Assembly: GCA_025055035.1 (NCBI GenBank)
Contig: JANWZB010000006.1
Coordinates: 1 to 51,083 of the forward strand
Reading direction: 5' to 3'
From: Candidatus Kapaibacterium sp.
GTDB lineage: Bacteria; Bacteroidota; Ignavibacteria; Kapaibacteriales; UBA4661
DNA length: 51,083 nt
Made by a program: the position numbers and the translations under genes. The notes beneath the pieces are model-generated. The model was not told the DNA's origin and did not search any database. It worked only from the letters and a program-made list of their open reading frames with translations. Positions within the stretch are counted from its first letter, which is position 1. Each line of letters opens with the position of its first letter. This document shows, in pieces, positions 29,105-39,319 of the stretch.

Positions 29105-30475
29105 ATGAACCGACGAACATCCATTTCATGCACTGTAGCAGCCGTAGTTCTCGTACTGACGATAGTTGTCAATGGCTGCTCCTTGGACTATATCAACCCT
29201 AATGCTCCGGCAGAAAACCAAGTGCTGACAACCCGCGAAGGCGTTATTGCTCTTGCTATTGGCATGCAGCAGTTTTTTGCTACATCAACAATCGAGGCGT
29301 ATATTACTACTTCCGGAACATCAGCACGGGAATTAGCAGTTGTAAGCACGTTCCAGGACCCGCTTGATTTGGAAGTGGGCGGTGCAGAGCTTCCTGCAGA
29401 GAACAGCCGTGTTCTAGCGATCTGGCAACGGTCGTATCGTACTATTGGTATGGCAGAAAACCTTATCAATTCTGCACCGAATGTTCCTTTGTCGGCAGCT
29501 ACACGCGGCGGCATCATTGCATTAGCCTCACTCTACAAAGCAATGTGCTTAGGGCATTTAGCAATGTACTTCGAACAAGCGCCAATATCGCTTGGGCGTG
29601 TGGGGCAGCCAGCACAGTTTCGTCCACGTGCCGATGTCCTTGCTGAAGCAATTCGTCTGCTTGAAACGGCTGCACAGCAAGTACCAACTGGTACAGCTGC
29701 TCAGGAATTTACGACACAGGTGCTCGCGCGTGGTATGAATCTTGCCAATACCATTCAAGCAATGCGCGCACGCTTCCTGAACATGGCAGGTCGGCATGCA
29801 GAAGCAATTGCAGCAGCAAATCAAGTCGTAACAGGCACAGCAGGAGTATCCGTGTTCACGTACGATGCACAGCAAAATCGTAATCCTGTCTTTGTAAACG
29901 TTATCTTAGCAGGAGCAGTGTTCGCTCCACGCGACAACTTCGGCGTTTCAACGGGATTTGTTGATACCGCTGATGCACGCATTCGCTTCTTTATGTCTCC
30001 TAATGCAGGGGTTGGGAATACGTCGCGACTACCGATTGAAACGCTCGTTGCGCCATTTTTTGCTACACCTGATGCAGCCATGCCGGTTTTTCGCATGGGC
30101 GAAATGGCGCTTATTCGCGCTGAAGCACATGCACGACAAAATAATCTCACTGCGGCCGTTGAAGAAATCAATCGCATTCGCACTAAAACCCGTACCCAAG
30201 ACCCTCACGGGATTGGAGCAGGGCTACCGCCATATTCAGGAGCGATGACGCAGCAAGCTATTTTGAATGAAATCTATGCGCAACGCTGCGCCGAACTTTT
30301 TCTGACAGGGCAGCGCTTCGAAGACGCTCGGCGTTTCGGACGCCCACTACCACCAACGCCAACCCCAACAATGCTCCCAGCACGCTATGCATCAGAGCGC
30401 AACCGTAACTTTTATCCATATCCTGCCCTAGAGCGGGATAACAATCCCAATACGCCACAAAATCCGCCTATCTAG
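29105..30475 (+). CDS. SusD/RagB lipoprotein
   Basis: Lipobox VNGC, directly after susC; FRMGEMALIRAEA, INRIR, ELFLTGQRFEDARRFG, YPYP..E...NPN. Confidence 0.92.
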   Translation: MNRRTSISCTVAAVVLVLTIVVNGCSLDYINPNAPAENQVLTTREGVIALAIGMQQFFATSTIEAYITTSGTSARELAVVSTFQDPLDLEVGGAELPAENSRVLAIWQRSYRTIGMAENLINSAPNVPLSAATRGGIIALASLYKAMCLGHLAMYFEQAPISLGRVGQPAQFRPRADVLAEAIRLLETAAQQVPTGTAAQEFTTQVLARGMNLANTIQAMRARFLNMAGRHAEAIAAANQVVTGTAGVSVFTYDAQQNRNPVFVNVILAGAVFAPRDNFGVSTGFVDTADARIRFFMSPNAGVGNTSRLPIETLVAPFFATPDAAMPVFRMGEMALIRAEAHARQNNLTAAVEEINRIRTKTRTQDPHGIGAGLPPYSGAMTQQAILNEIYAQRCAELFLTGQRFEDARRFGRPLPPTPTPTMLPARYASERNRNFYPYPALERDNNPNTPQNPPI

Positions 30476-30491
30476 AAAATACGACGCTGTA

Positions 30492-30532
30492 GAACGCCGC
30501 TTTACAGCTTCGTTTGTTGTAGAGCGGCGTTC
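30492..30532. repeat. 17-bp stem-loop after susD
   Basis: GAACGCCGCTTTACAGC-ttcgttt-GTTGTAGAGCGGCGTTC (two G:U pairs). No U-tract. Confidence 0.7.
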
Positions 30533-30591
30533 CTGTATCTTGTGTTGCCATCTTTCGTCTACCGCATACTTCATAGTGCACTATAAATTCC

Positions 30592-32097
30592 ATGACGCCA
30601 CTCATTAACCACTGGGGTGATATGCCACCCGATGAATTCCGTCGCCATGCATATGCAGTCTCTGACTGGATAGCAGAGTATTTGTCTCGCTTGGAACGCA
30701 TGAATGTTTTGCCCGACACTCAACCGGGTGCTGTACGCGCTCTATTACCCTCATCGCCCCCACAGAATGGTGAGCCAGTAGAGCGTATCCTTCAAGATTT
30801 CGAACGCCTCATCGTGCCAAACCTTACACAATGGAACAACCCAAACTTCTTCGCATATTTTGCTAATACTCCAAGCGCCATTGCAATTCTCGCCGAATTT
30901 CTTGCCGCTGCTCTCAACAACAATGCTATGGTGTGGAAGAGTGGTCAGGCTGCAACAGAGCTTGAAAGCGTTGTGCTGCGCTGGATAGCTGAAGCAGTAG
31001 GTCTTCAACAGCACACTTGGGGAATGATTGTGGACACAGCATCAATAGCAACGATGCACGCTTTAGCATGTGCGCGGGAATGCGCCGGGATCAATGCTCG
31101 TACAGAAGGACTTGCCGGACGAAGCAGCGCCGCAGTGCCGCGCCTTCGTGTCTATGCGTCGGAGCTTGTTCACTCTTCAATTGATAAAGCGTGTATAACG
31201 CTCGGACTTGGAACAGAAAACCTTGTCAAGATTCCTGTGAATCAGCAGTTTCAAATGAACACAGAGGCATTGCAAGCAGCTGTACAGCACGATCGTCAAC
31301 AGGGCTTCTTGCCTATTGCTGTTGTGGGCGTTATCGGCACAACATCTGCAGGGAGCAGTGACCCCATTGTGGACATCGTGGAGGTATGCACACGCGAGCG
31401 CCTCTGGCTACACATTGATGCTGCGTGGGCTGGTGCGGCAGCAATGCTTGAAGAATGGCGCGACCGCTTCGTAGGATGGGAATACGCAGACTCCGTGGTT
31501 ATCAATCCCCATAAGTGGCTGTTTGTACCAATGGATTTAAGCATCCTGTACACACGCCGACCCAACATACTCAAGCAAACATTCTCTCTTACCCCAGAGT
31601 ACCTGAAAACACGTGAGGATAGCTATGGTGAAAATTTGATGGACTATGGTCTTCAGCTTGGCCGGCGCTTTCGCTCACTAAAATTATGGTTCGTTGTACG
31701 GTACTTCGGTATAGATGGCATACGAGCCCGCCTCCGCGAGCACATCGCTTTAGCCCAGCTGTTCGCACACCTTGTCGACGAACACCCAGATTTTGAGCTT
31801 GTAGCACCCGTAGAATTTGCTCTTGTCTGCTTCCGCTATAAGCCGCAAGGGTGCACAGCATCAGAATCTGAGTTAGCGCGCCTTAATGCTGAGCTCGAGG
31901 AACGCATCAATACAACACGTGAGATTTTTCTTGTACACACAATGTTGCACGGCATATATACACTGCGGTTTACTGTTGGCAATCTTCATACGACAGAGGC
32001 ACACGTGCGTAAGGCATTCAGCACTATTGCTACTCTTGCAGCAGAACAGAAAATAAATACACGATTAACGCCAGCCACCACCAAGTGCGCGATATAA
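30592..32097 (+). CDS. PLP-dependent aromatic L-amino-acid decarboxylase (group II, DDC-like)
   Basis: DEFRRH, FFAYF, ATELE, HSSIDKA, GTTS, HIDAAWAG, PLP lysine NPHKW, LGRRFRSLKLWFV. Confidence 0.9.
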   Translation: MTPLINHWGDMPPDEFRRHAYAVSDWIAEYLSRLERMNVLPDTQPGAVRALLPSSPPQNGEPVERILQDFERLIVPNLTQWNNPNFFAYFANTPSAIAILAEFLAAALNNNAMVWKSGQAATELESVVLRWIAEAVGLQQHTWGMIVDTASIATMHALACARECAGINARTEGLAGRSSAAVPRLRVYASELVHSSIDKACITLGLGTENLVKIPVNQQFQMNTEALQAAVQHDRQQGFLPIAVVGVIGTTSAGSSDPIVDIVEVCTRERLWLHIDAAWAGAAAMLEEWRDRFVGWEYADSVVINPHKWLFVPMDLSILYTRRPNILKQTFSLTPEYLKTREDSYGENLMDYGLQLGRRFRSLKLWFVVRYFGIDGIRARLREHIALAQLFAHLVDEHPDFELVAPVEFALVCFRYKPQGCTASESELARLNAELEERINTTREIFLVHTMLHGIYTLRFTVGNLHTTEAHVRKAFSTIATLAAEQKINTRLTPATTKCAI

Positions 32098-33543
32098 GTT
32101 GACAAAGGCTATACATTGCCGTTTCTGTATGCTCACCAGTTGAAGTTGTGCACTCAGCCACTGCGTTTGAGCAATCAACACTTCTAAATATGTTGCTTTT
32201 GCAGATTTATAGAGTTCTGCAGCAATGTCTACAGATTCTTTCAGTACTGCGGTTTCCTGTGTCTTGAGGGTATTCATAGTGTCGAGAGCCTGCAGTATTG
32301 TAAGTTCGTTTACTACCTCTGCATACGCCTGCACGACAGTTTTGCGATAGTGCTGGAGCGCTTGCATTTGGCTTGCTTGGGCTGTTTGGAGCTGAGCTTG
32401 AAGAGCTTGCCAATTTAGAATTGGGGCAGCAAGCCCTCCGATAATGTTATACGCTAGCGAGGCGGGGAAGAGCCATAGCAGCTGTGGGTCGAATGCTTGA
32501 AAGCCGATACCCGCACTGAGAGTAAGCGTAGGGAAGAATGCCGCTTGTGCTGCTCGAAGGTCGAAGTGTGCAGCACGTACAAGCTGCTCAGCTTCGCGGA
32601 CATCGGGGCGATTGCTCAGCATCTGGATTGGTGTACCTATCACGCTGTACGATGGGATAGGTTGTACAAGGAGCGTTGTTCTGCGTTGAATTGGTTGCGG
32701 GAATCGCCCAAGCAGCATATTAAGCGCATTTTCACGCAGAACTGTTTGTTGCCGTATTTCTTTTTCTTGTGCTTGCAGATTCAACACTTGTGCTTCGAAC
32801 TGTTGTACAGCAAGCTCGTTAACACGCCCTGCCTCTTTCTGAAGCTCGATAGTACGCAACGCCTCGCGCTGCTTTTGCAGTGTCCGCCGTATGATGTCGA
32901 GCTCATTATCTAGCTCGATAAGTTCGTAGTAGATTGTTGCTACCTGTGCAACAAGTGCAGTAACGACAAACCGTGCTGCTTCGATACTTGCTCCATACTC
33001 TGCCCATGCTGCCTGGTTTTTCTGGCGAAGCTTGCCCCAAATATCTATTTCCCACGACATTTGCATGCTCACATTCACATCGGGTAAATCTATCGGCACA
33101 ATTTTTCCGGGAAGAATCTCTGTTACAATGTTTCCGGCACCGTCCATAGTGTACAAGCCAAACTTTCTCAAGCTTGCACCTGCTGCAAGTTGAGGTTTAG
33201 GGAAAAGCTCTCCCTGTGTAAAGCGCGTTGCTGCCTGCGCCCGCTCAATGCGTTGAAGCGCTATTTGAAGATCAAAATTTCGCTGCAGCGCAGTGTCAAT
33301 GAGAGCAGTAAGCAGCGTGTCTTGAAAAAGCTGCCGCCATGGCAGCATGGCAAACGTGTTCGAGTCTGCCGTTGCTTGTTCGAGTGCTAGCGTCTGCAAT
33401 GCGTTGCGCTGGAACGCTGTTGGGATAGTATCATAGCGCAGCATGCTCGCATCGAATGTCGAACACGATGATAGTGTAATAATGAGCCAATGTACAAGAC
33501 AGAGCAAGCAAATGTGAATACACAGTGCGGACTGTTGGAGCAT
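32065..33543 (-). CDS. Outer-membrane efflux factor (TolC/NodT family lipoprotein)
   Basis: Lipobox LSSC, WRQLFQD, NFDL, SWEIDIWGKLR, RPDVREAE, LYRALGGGW. ATG overlaps the RND stop (TAATG). Confidence 0.92.
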   Translation of the reverse strand: MLQQSALCIHICLLCLVHWLIITLSSCSTFDASMLRYDTIPTAFQRNALQTLALEQATADSNTFAMLPWRQLFQDTLLTALIDTALQRNFDLQIALQRIERAQAATRFTQGELFPKPQLAAGASLRKFGLYTMDGAGNIVTEILPGKIVPIDLPDVNVSMQMSWEIDIWGKLRQKNQAAWAEYGASIEAARFVVTALVAQVATIYYELIELDNELDIIRRTLQKQREALRTIELQKEAGRVNELAVQQFEAQVLNLQAQEKEIRQQTVLRENALNMLLGRFPQPIQRRTTLLVQPIPSYSVIGTPIQMLSNRPDVREAEQLVRAAHFDLRAAQAAFFPTLTLSAGIGFQAFDPQLLWLFPASLAYNIIGGLAAPILNWQALQAQLQTAQASQMQALQHYRKTVVQAYAEVVNELTILQALDTMNTLKTQETAVLKESVDIAAELYKSAKATYLEVLIAQTQWLSAQLQLVSIQKRQCIAFVNLYRALGGGWR

Positions 33544-36500
33544 TATCGGGTAGCAGACTCTACTATATTTGTACTTTCCCATGGTGATGCATGCTGCTGT
33601 GAATGATGTATATTTCTATGCTTACGGCGATGCTGGAAGGTAGCAAAAGCATAATATAATCCGGGGATAATCAGTACGCCAAAGACTGTTCCAAAGAGCA
33701 TACCTCCTGCGGTGGCGCTTCCTATTGTGCGGTTGCCTATCGCTCCTGCACCTGAAGCTAGCATCAAGGGAATTAAGCCTGCAATGAAAGCAAAGGAAGT
33801 CATCAGAATAGGGCGCAGTCGATCGCGTGCAGCTTGGATTGCTGCTTGTACTGGTAGCATGCCCTGCCGCTGTTTTTGCGCTGCAAACTCGACGATAAGA
33901 ATTGCATTCTTTCCTAACATACCAATCAGCAAAATCATCGCAATTTGCGCATAAATGTTATTTTCTAAGCCAAGAAGAGCAAGAAAGGCAAATGCTCCGA
34001 ATATACCTGGCGGAAGCGACAGCAGCACAGGAAGTGGCAAAAGGAAGCTCTCATACTGTGCTGAGAGTAACAAATACACAAAAAGTAGGCAAATAACAAA
34101 AATGATCACTGCTTGATTGCCAGACTGTGCTTGATCGCGTGATACTCCCGCCCAGTCATATCCAAACCCGCGTGGAAGTTTTTGTGCTGCTACTTCTTTG
34201 ATTGCCTGAATAACTTGACCACTGGAGTATCCCGGTGCTGGCTGCCCATTAATCATAGCAGAGGTGTACATGTTATATCGTGTAATTTGCTCAGGGCCGT
34301 ACACTTTGTCTATGCGCAGAAACGTTGAATACGGAACAAGCTCGCCCTGATCATTTTTGACGGTAAGCTTGAGAATATCCTCAGGTTCAGCACGATATTC
34401 CGGTAGCGCTTGCACCATCACTTTATACATTTGTGCAAACCGAATGAAGTTCGTTGCATACTCACTACCAATGAGTGCCTGAAGAGTGCTCATAGCATTG
34501 TCGGCATCAATTCCTTTTTGTGCGGCTTTGTCGGGGTCAATAGTAAGCAGCAGCTGGGGAAAACGTGCGTTGAATGTGGTAAAGACGTTCCCAATTTCTG
34601 GGCGCTTCTGTAGTTCCTCGACAAACATATCAGCCACTTCTTGCATCGTTGCGAGGCTTCCTGTGCCAGATTTGTCAAGCAGCCGTAGCTCAAAGCCACC
34701 AGACGTCCCGTAGCCGGGTACAGGTGGGGGCACAAACAATTCAATTGTTGCATCCTTGATATGGCGTGTTTGCTGCTCGAGCACGCGTATAACATCTCTA
34801 TCGGATTCTGAACGCTCGTTCCAGTCATAAAGGCTGATAATGCTCATACCGTAGATAGAGCCTGTAGATTCCGACAGAAGGCTGTACCCAGAAAGGCTCG
34901 ACACTGAGCACACAGAAGGCAAGCGCAGAGCAGTGCGTTCAACTTCTGCAACGGCTCTATCGGTACGTTCCAGCGTTGCACCAACAGGAGCAGTAATGTT
35001 AACATATATAACCCCTTGATCTTCTTCGGGAATGAAACCCGACGGTACAATGTAGCTCAGTAGTCCTGTTGTTGCGCTAAACGCGAGCAGAGCGCCAAAT
35101 GTTACTGTGCGCCTATTGATAATGCGCTCTACAAACAACGTACAACGACACGAAAGGCATTCATACCATCTATTGAACCCTACAAAAAATCGCTGCTGTA
35201 AGAAGAGCAATAGAGGATGATGAACTTGGACAACATGCGCATGCTCAATAAACAGCGCGCAGAGTGCAGGAGTAAGCGTGAGAGCAGTAATTCCCGACAG
35301 TACAATAGCAGTCGCCATTGTCAATGAGAACTGACGATAGAATATGCCTGTTGGTCCTTCCAAAAAAGCGACCGGAATGAAGACGGCAGACATAACGAGA
35401 GTAATGGCAATAACAGCGCTGGTGATTTCGCTCATTGCTTCTTCTGTTGCTGTTCGTGCATCCATCGTCGAACGCTCCATTGTTGCATGAACAGCTTCTA
35501 CAACAACAATTGCATTATCGACAACAATACCAATCGCAAGCACAAGAGCAAACAATGTGATGAGATTGAGGGAAAATCCAAGAAGCTGTATAAAAAACAG
35601 CGTCCCAATAAGGGATACAGGCACGGTCAGAATAGGAATGAGCGTTGACCGCAAATTTTGTAGGAAGAGGAATACAACAAGTGCAACAAGAATAAACGCT
35701 TCTATTAAGGTTTTCATGACCTCTTTGATAGAAGCATCCAGAAATGCCGAGACGTCGTAGCTAATTGTATAGTCCATACCGGGCAGAAACGATGAAGCTT
35801 TAATCTCCTGCATTTTCGCTTTGAGCGCGCGAATCACCTCACGAGCATTTGAGCCGGGGCGCTGCTTGAGTAGAATTGCAGCCGAAGGCTTCCCGTTTTC
35901 CCTTGAAACAACACTATAAGTTTGCGCATCGAAGTCAATATCTGCTATATCTTCTAGGCGCAGAATATCACCACTTTCGAACCCACGAATAACGATGGAG
36001 CGATATTCTTCTTCGGTTGTAAATTTCCCTTTGTAGCGTACAACATACTGTAGCGCCTGCGCAGATTTCCCCGAACTTTCTCCTATTTTTCCGGGCGCGG
36101 CTTCAACATTCTGTTTGCGCAACGCATCAACAACCTCGCGTGCTGAAATATTGTACATGAGCATTTTGTCGGGCTTGAGCCATACGCGCATTGCATATTC
36201 CTTCGAGCCGACAATCTCAGCAAAGCCCACACCATCGATGCGCTTGAGCTCCTTGAGAACATTGATATCTGTGAAGTTAAAAAGAAATTTTTCATCCATC
36301 AGCGAATCGTTACTCAGGATGTTGATATACATTAGCATGCTATTTTGTACTTTCTCAACTTGCACGCCTGCCTTAACAACTTCCTGAGGCAGTTCGTCAA
36401 GCACTGTTGCAACACGGTTCTGTACGTTCACCGCAGCAATGTCTGGGTCGGTGCCAGATTTAAAGATAATTTGAATAATGCTTGTTCCGTCGTTGCTCGA

Positions 36501-36743
36501 CACCGACGTCATATACGACATTCCCGACACCCCATTGATAGCTCGCTCAAGCGTTGTCACAACAGCCTTCACACACGTTTCAGCGTTTGCTCCTATATAG
36601 CGCGCTGTCACATTTACCTCTGGTGGTGCAATTTCAGGAAATTGGGTTACCGGAAGACGTCCTAAAGCAATAATTCCCAGAAGCACAATAATAAGAGAAA
36701 TGACTGTGGAAAGAACAGGACGGCGAATAAAGAGAGAAACCAT
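33543..36743 (-). CDS. RND (HAE1) efflux permease
   Basis: FIRRPVLS, LPVTQFPEIAPP, GIVVDNAIVVVE, GKNAILIVEFA, RLRPILMTS. Confidence 0.95.
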   Translation of the reverse strand: MVSLFIRRPVLSTVISLIIVLLGIIALGRLPVTQFPEIAPPEVNVTARYIGANAETCVKAVVTTLERAINGVSGMSYMTSVSSNDGTSIIQIIFKSGTDPDIAAVNVQNRVATVLDELPQEVVKAGVQVEKVQNSMLMYINILSNDSLMDEKFLFNFTDINVLKELKRIDGVGFAEIVGSKEYAMRVWLKPDKMLMYNISAREVVDALRKQNVEAAPGKIGESSGKSAQALQYVVRYKGKFTTEEEYRSIVIRGFESGDILRLEDIADIDFDAQTYSVVSRENGKPSAAILLKQRPGSNAREVIRALKAKMQEIKASSFLPGMDYTISYDVSAFLDASIKEVMKTLIEAFILVALVVFLFLQNLRSTLIPILTVPVSLIGTLFFIQLLGFSLNLITLFALVLAIGIVVDNAIVVVEAVHATMERSTMDARTATEEAMSEITSAVIAITLVMSAVFIPVAFLEGPTGIFYRQFSLTMATAIVLSGITALTLTPALCALFIEHAHVVQVHHPLLLFLQQRFFVGFNRWYECLSCRCTLFVERIINRRTVTFGALLAFSATTGLLSYIVPSGFIPEEDQGVIYVNITAPVGATLERTDRAVAEVERTALRLPSVCSVSSLSGYSLLSESTGSIYGMSIISLYDWNERSESDRDVIRVLEQQTRHIKDATIELFVPPPVPGYGTSGGFELRLLDKSGTGSLATMQEVADMFVEELQKRPEIGNVFTTFNARFPQLLLTIDPDKAAQKGIDADNAMSTLQALIGSEYATNFIRFAQMYKVMVQALPEYRAEPEDILKLTVKNDQGELVPYSTFLRIDKVYGPEQITRYNMYTSAMINGQPAPGYSSGQVIQAIKEVAAQKLPRGFGYDWAGVSRDQAQSGNQAVIIFVICLLFVYLLLSAQYESFLLPLPVLLSLPPGIFGAFAFLALLGLENNIYAQIAMILLIGMLGKNAILIVEFAAQKQRQGMLPVQAAIQAARDRLRPILMTSFAFIAGLIPLMLASGAGAIGNRTIGSATAGGMLFGTVFGVLIIPGLYYAFATFQHRRKHRNIHHSQQHASPWESTNIVESATR

Positions 36744-36785
36744 GTGGCTTTGGGAATTAAGTGTTCAAGAGTGTTGTAAGGATAC

Positions 36786-37946
36786 TCAATACGGTTGGTT
36801 ACTACTAAGTAGGACGGCGACGGAATCTGGCGGAAGAAGGTATGGAGAAACCTTATCGCCACTTTTCACATTTTGCACTCCTTCGTAGAGGATTATGTCA
36901 TCTACATTCAGACCTGATTGTACAACAAAGTAGTGGGGAAGACGAAACAAGATGCGAATATTACGCTGTTCGAGTGTGCTATCGGGCTTGACAACAAAAA
37001 CGAAGAGCTGGTCTTGAACTTCAAATGTAGATTTCTGAGGAATCAGCATAGCATTGTTGATATGCTCTCGGACAATGACCTTACCGTTTGCTCCATGCTT
37101 GAGAATTCTCTCGGGATTTGGAAATCGTGCACGAAAGGCAATGTTGCCCGTTGAGCGGTCAAACTCGCTCTCGATAATTTCGATGCGTCCTTCGTATCGA
37201 TAGGGTGTATTGTTTGCAAGGATAAGGTTAACACGCTGCACTGCGTCCGTGTCGTTGGATTGTATGTAGTTGAGATAATCGCTTTCCGACAGATGGAAGT
37301 ATGCAAATACTTCTCTATTGTCGGAGATTGATGTGAGCATTGTGCCTTCCTCAATAAGGCTTCCTACCTTGTGGAGAATGCGATTGATGACGCCCGTGTA
37401 TGGCGCAGTAATTTTTGAGTATGAGAGACGAATAGCAGCCTGTTCACGGTTTGCTTCCTCCTCATCGATTTTCGCTTTCAGCGCCTCAGCTTTTGCCTCA
37501 ATCATTTTCAGCTCGGCTTTCGAGACAATGTTCTTCTCGGCAAGGCTACGCACATTTGCAAGTTCTACTTCTACCGACTTGAATTCGGCAATTGCGTTTT
37601 TGAGTGCTGCTTCGGCTTTATGCAGTTCCTGCTGATACACGCGGTTCGATACAGTAAACAGAAGTTGTCCTTCACGCACAAACTGTCCTTCGTCCACGTG
37701 CACTTTTTCGATATACCCCTTTACACGGCTGCGCACCTCGACGTACTGTATGGAAACAATCTCTGCAACATACTCGTTTTCAATAGGCACTGTTTTTACT
37801 ATTGGCTTGATAACGTAGTAGCGTTCTGGTGAGAGATACTGTTCTTGCCTGGAACATGCTGCTAGTGCGATAACTATAACTATTCCGATGATAATGCACA
37901 ATAGCATAACAGTTTGTACTGTTCGGCGTAAGCAGGGCGTGATCAA
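36786..37946 (-). CDS. RND periplasmic adaptor (membrane fusion protein)
   Basis: Lipobox LAAC, VEVRSRVKGYI..VDEGQFV, ITAPYTG, TGNIAFRARFPNP, IPQKS. Confidence 0.93.
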   Translation of the reverse strand: MITPCLRRTVQTVMLLCIIIGIVIVIALAACSRQEQYLSPERYYVIKPIVKTVPIENEYVAEIVSIQYVEVRSRVKGYIEKVHVDEGQFVREGQLLFTVSNRVYQQELHKAEAALKNAIAEFKSVEVELANVRSLAEKNIVSKAELKMIEAKAEALKAKIDEEEANREQAAIRLSYSKITAPYTGVINRILHKVGSLIEEGTMLTSISDNREVFAYFHLSESDYLNYIQSNDTDAVQRVNLILANNTPYRYEGRIEIIESEFDRSTGNIAFRARFPNPERILKHGANGKVIVREHINNAMLIPQKSTFEVQDQLFVFVVKPDSTLEQRNIRILFRLPHYFVVQSGLNVDDIILYEGVQNVKSGDKVSPYLLPPDSVAVLLSSNQPY

Positions 37947-38021
37947 TAGAATACCTCGTTATACGTAGTAGTCAGAACGAAAAACGAAATTTATTAGCAT
38001 TATTCAATAGGCCAGGACGTA

Positions 38022-39191
38022 TCATTGTTGCGAAAATTGTTGCGACGAGGATACGGATACTCCACGACGAAGGTATTCTTGCCACGCAGTAAGACCACCA
38101 CGTAAATGCTTCGCCGGTATATTCGCATCGTGCATGAGAGAAAGCGCTATGCTACTTCGCTCTCCCGACTGACAGTATAGAACAAGAGGCGGCGACAGCG
38201 TGCGAATCTCAGCAATACGCGCAGAAAATTCGCCAAGTGGAATGTGAATACTCCCTTCGATGAAGAAGCGCTCACGTTCATGCGCCTCACGAACATCTAT
38301 AAGCGTAACAGTGCGTATTGTCGTGTACAGCTCTGCCACCGATATTTCAGCATCGGAATAACCGCTATTGTGGAGCATACGAGAACACATGCTTCCATGA
38401 TCCTCTTGTAGAGACAACAATGAAGGATGTGTACCACACAGTACACAGGCAGGATTCGGCAAAGGAAGTGTTAGCGTGCTACACTGCATTGTGAGCGCAT
38501 CAATCACAAGAAGACGACGATACAGGGGTGTTCCAAGATGGAGTAACAATTTCAAGGTTTCTGCTGCTTGGAGAGTCCCGACAAGTCCCGGTAGTACTCC
38601 AAGAACACCGCTATCGGCGCAGTTGGGAACAAGGTGTAGTGGAGGGGGTGCAGGGTACAGACACCGATAGCATCCCTGTTGACGACCAACATCAAAAATG
38701 CTCACATAGCCAGTGTAGCGGGAAACACTGCCATGCACAAGCGGCTTGTGCAGTATGCCAGCAGCATCGTTGATAAGATATCGAGTAGCAAAATTGTCTG
38801 TTCCATCGATAACAACATCGTAGGTTGCGAGAATATCACATACATTAGCGGGGGAAAGGTAAGTGGGGTGTGTCTCAATGTGCACATGAGGATTCAGAGC
38901 ACGCAGGCGTAGACGAGCAGACTCTACTTTACTTATACCGAGTGTTTCTGTAGAATGCAGTATCTGCCGCTGAAGATTAGAGCACTCAACGACGTCGCCA
39001 TCTGCTATGCCCAGTGTGCCTACTCCTGCTGCAGCGAGGTAGAGAGCCGCAGAGCTACCTAAACCACCAGCACCAATAATAAGCACACGCGCACGCTTCA
39101 GCCGTTCTTGCCCCTGAACACCAACCTCTGGAAGCAGAATGTGCCTGCTATATCGTTCCTGCTCTTCACAGGAAAGAGTTCTCACATGCAT
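38022..39191 (-). CDS. moeB: Molybdopterin-synthase adenylyltransferase MoeB with C-terminal rhodanese domain (MoeZ-type)
   Basis: RYSRH, IGAGGLGS, SNLQRQ, DGTDNF, CYRCLYP, GVLGVLPG; rhodanese DVRE...YCQSGERS...GG. Confidence 0.9.
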   Translation of the reverse strand: MHVRTLSCEEQERYSRHILLPEVGVQGQERLKRARVLIIGAGGLGSSAALYLAAAGVGTLGIADGDVVECSNLQRQILHSTETLGISKVESARLRLRALNPHVHIETHPTYLSPANVCDILATYDVVIDGTDNFATRYLINDAAGILHKPLVHGSVSRYTGYVSIFDVGRQQGCYRCLYPAPPPLHLVPNCADSGVLGVLPGLVGTLQAAETLKLLLHLGTPLYRRLLVIDALTMQCSTLTLPLPNPACVLCGTHPSLLSLQEDHGSMCSRMLHNSGYSDAEISVAELYTTIRTVTLIDVREAHERERFFIEGSIHIPLGEFSARIAEIRTLSPPLVLYCQSGERSSIALSLMHDANIPAKHLRGGLTAWQEYLRRGVSVSSSQQFSQQ

Positions 39192-39250
39192 AAAGAATGC
39201 GTACAATTATGATTAGAGCAACTGTGTTTTTTTTACTATATTACCTCGTT

Positions 39251-39281
39251 CGATACCATAATCCAAAAAATTATGTAATCT
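39251..39281 (+). other. Imperfect dif-like site or CATAAT-N7-ATTATG palindrome in the moeB/moaA divergent gap
   Basis: CGATACCATAA-tccaaaaaa-TTATGTAATCT. The right arm is 10/11 to TTATGTAAACT but the spacer is 9 bp rather than 6. Confidence 0.3.
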
Positions 39282-39319
39282 CTCGTCCGCTTACGGAGTA
39301 CTCATCAGCCCGATACGCT

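Noticed and set aside
35490-35530. RND proton-relay DN instead of DD as a sign of inactivation
   Set aside because: DN is a common variant in RND permeases, and the Lys and Thr/Arg relay motifs are intact.
39192-39319. Moco riboswitch or ModE box upstream of moaA
   Set aside because: Short, AT-rich gap with no convincing multi-stem fold or TATAT-N7-TAYAT pattern.
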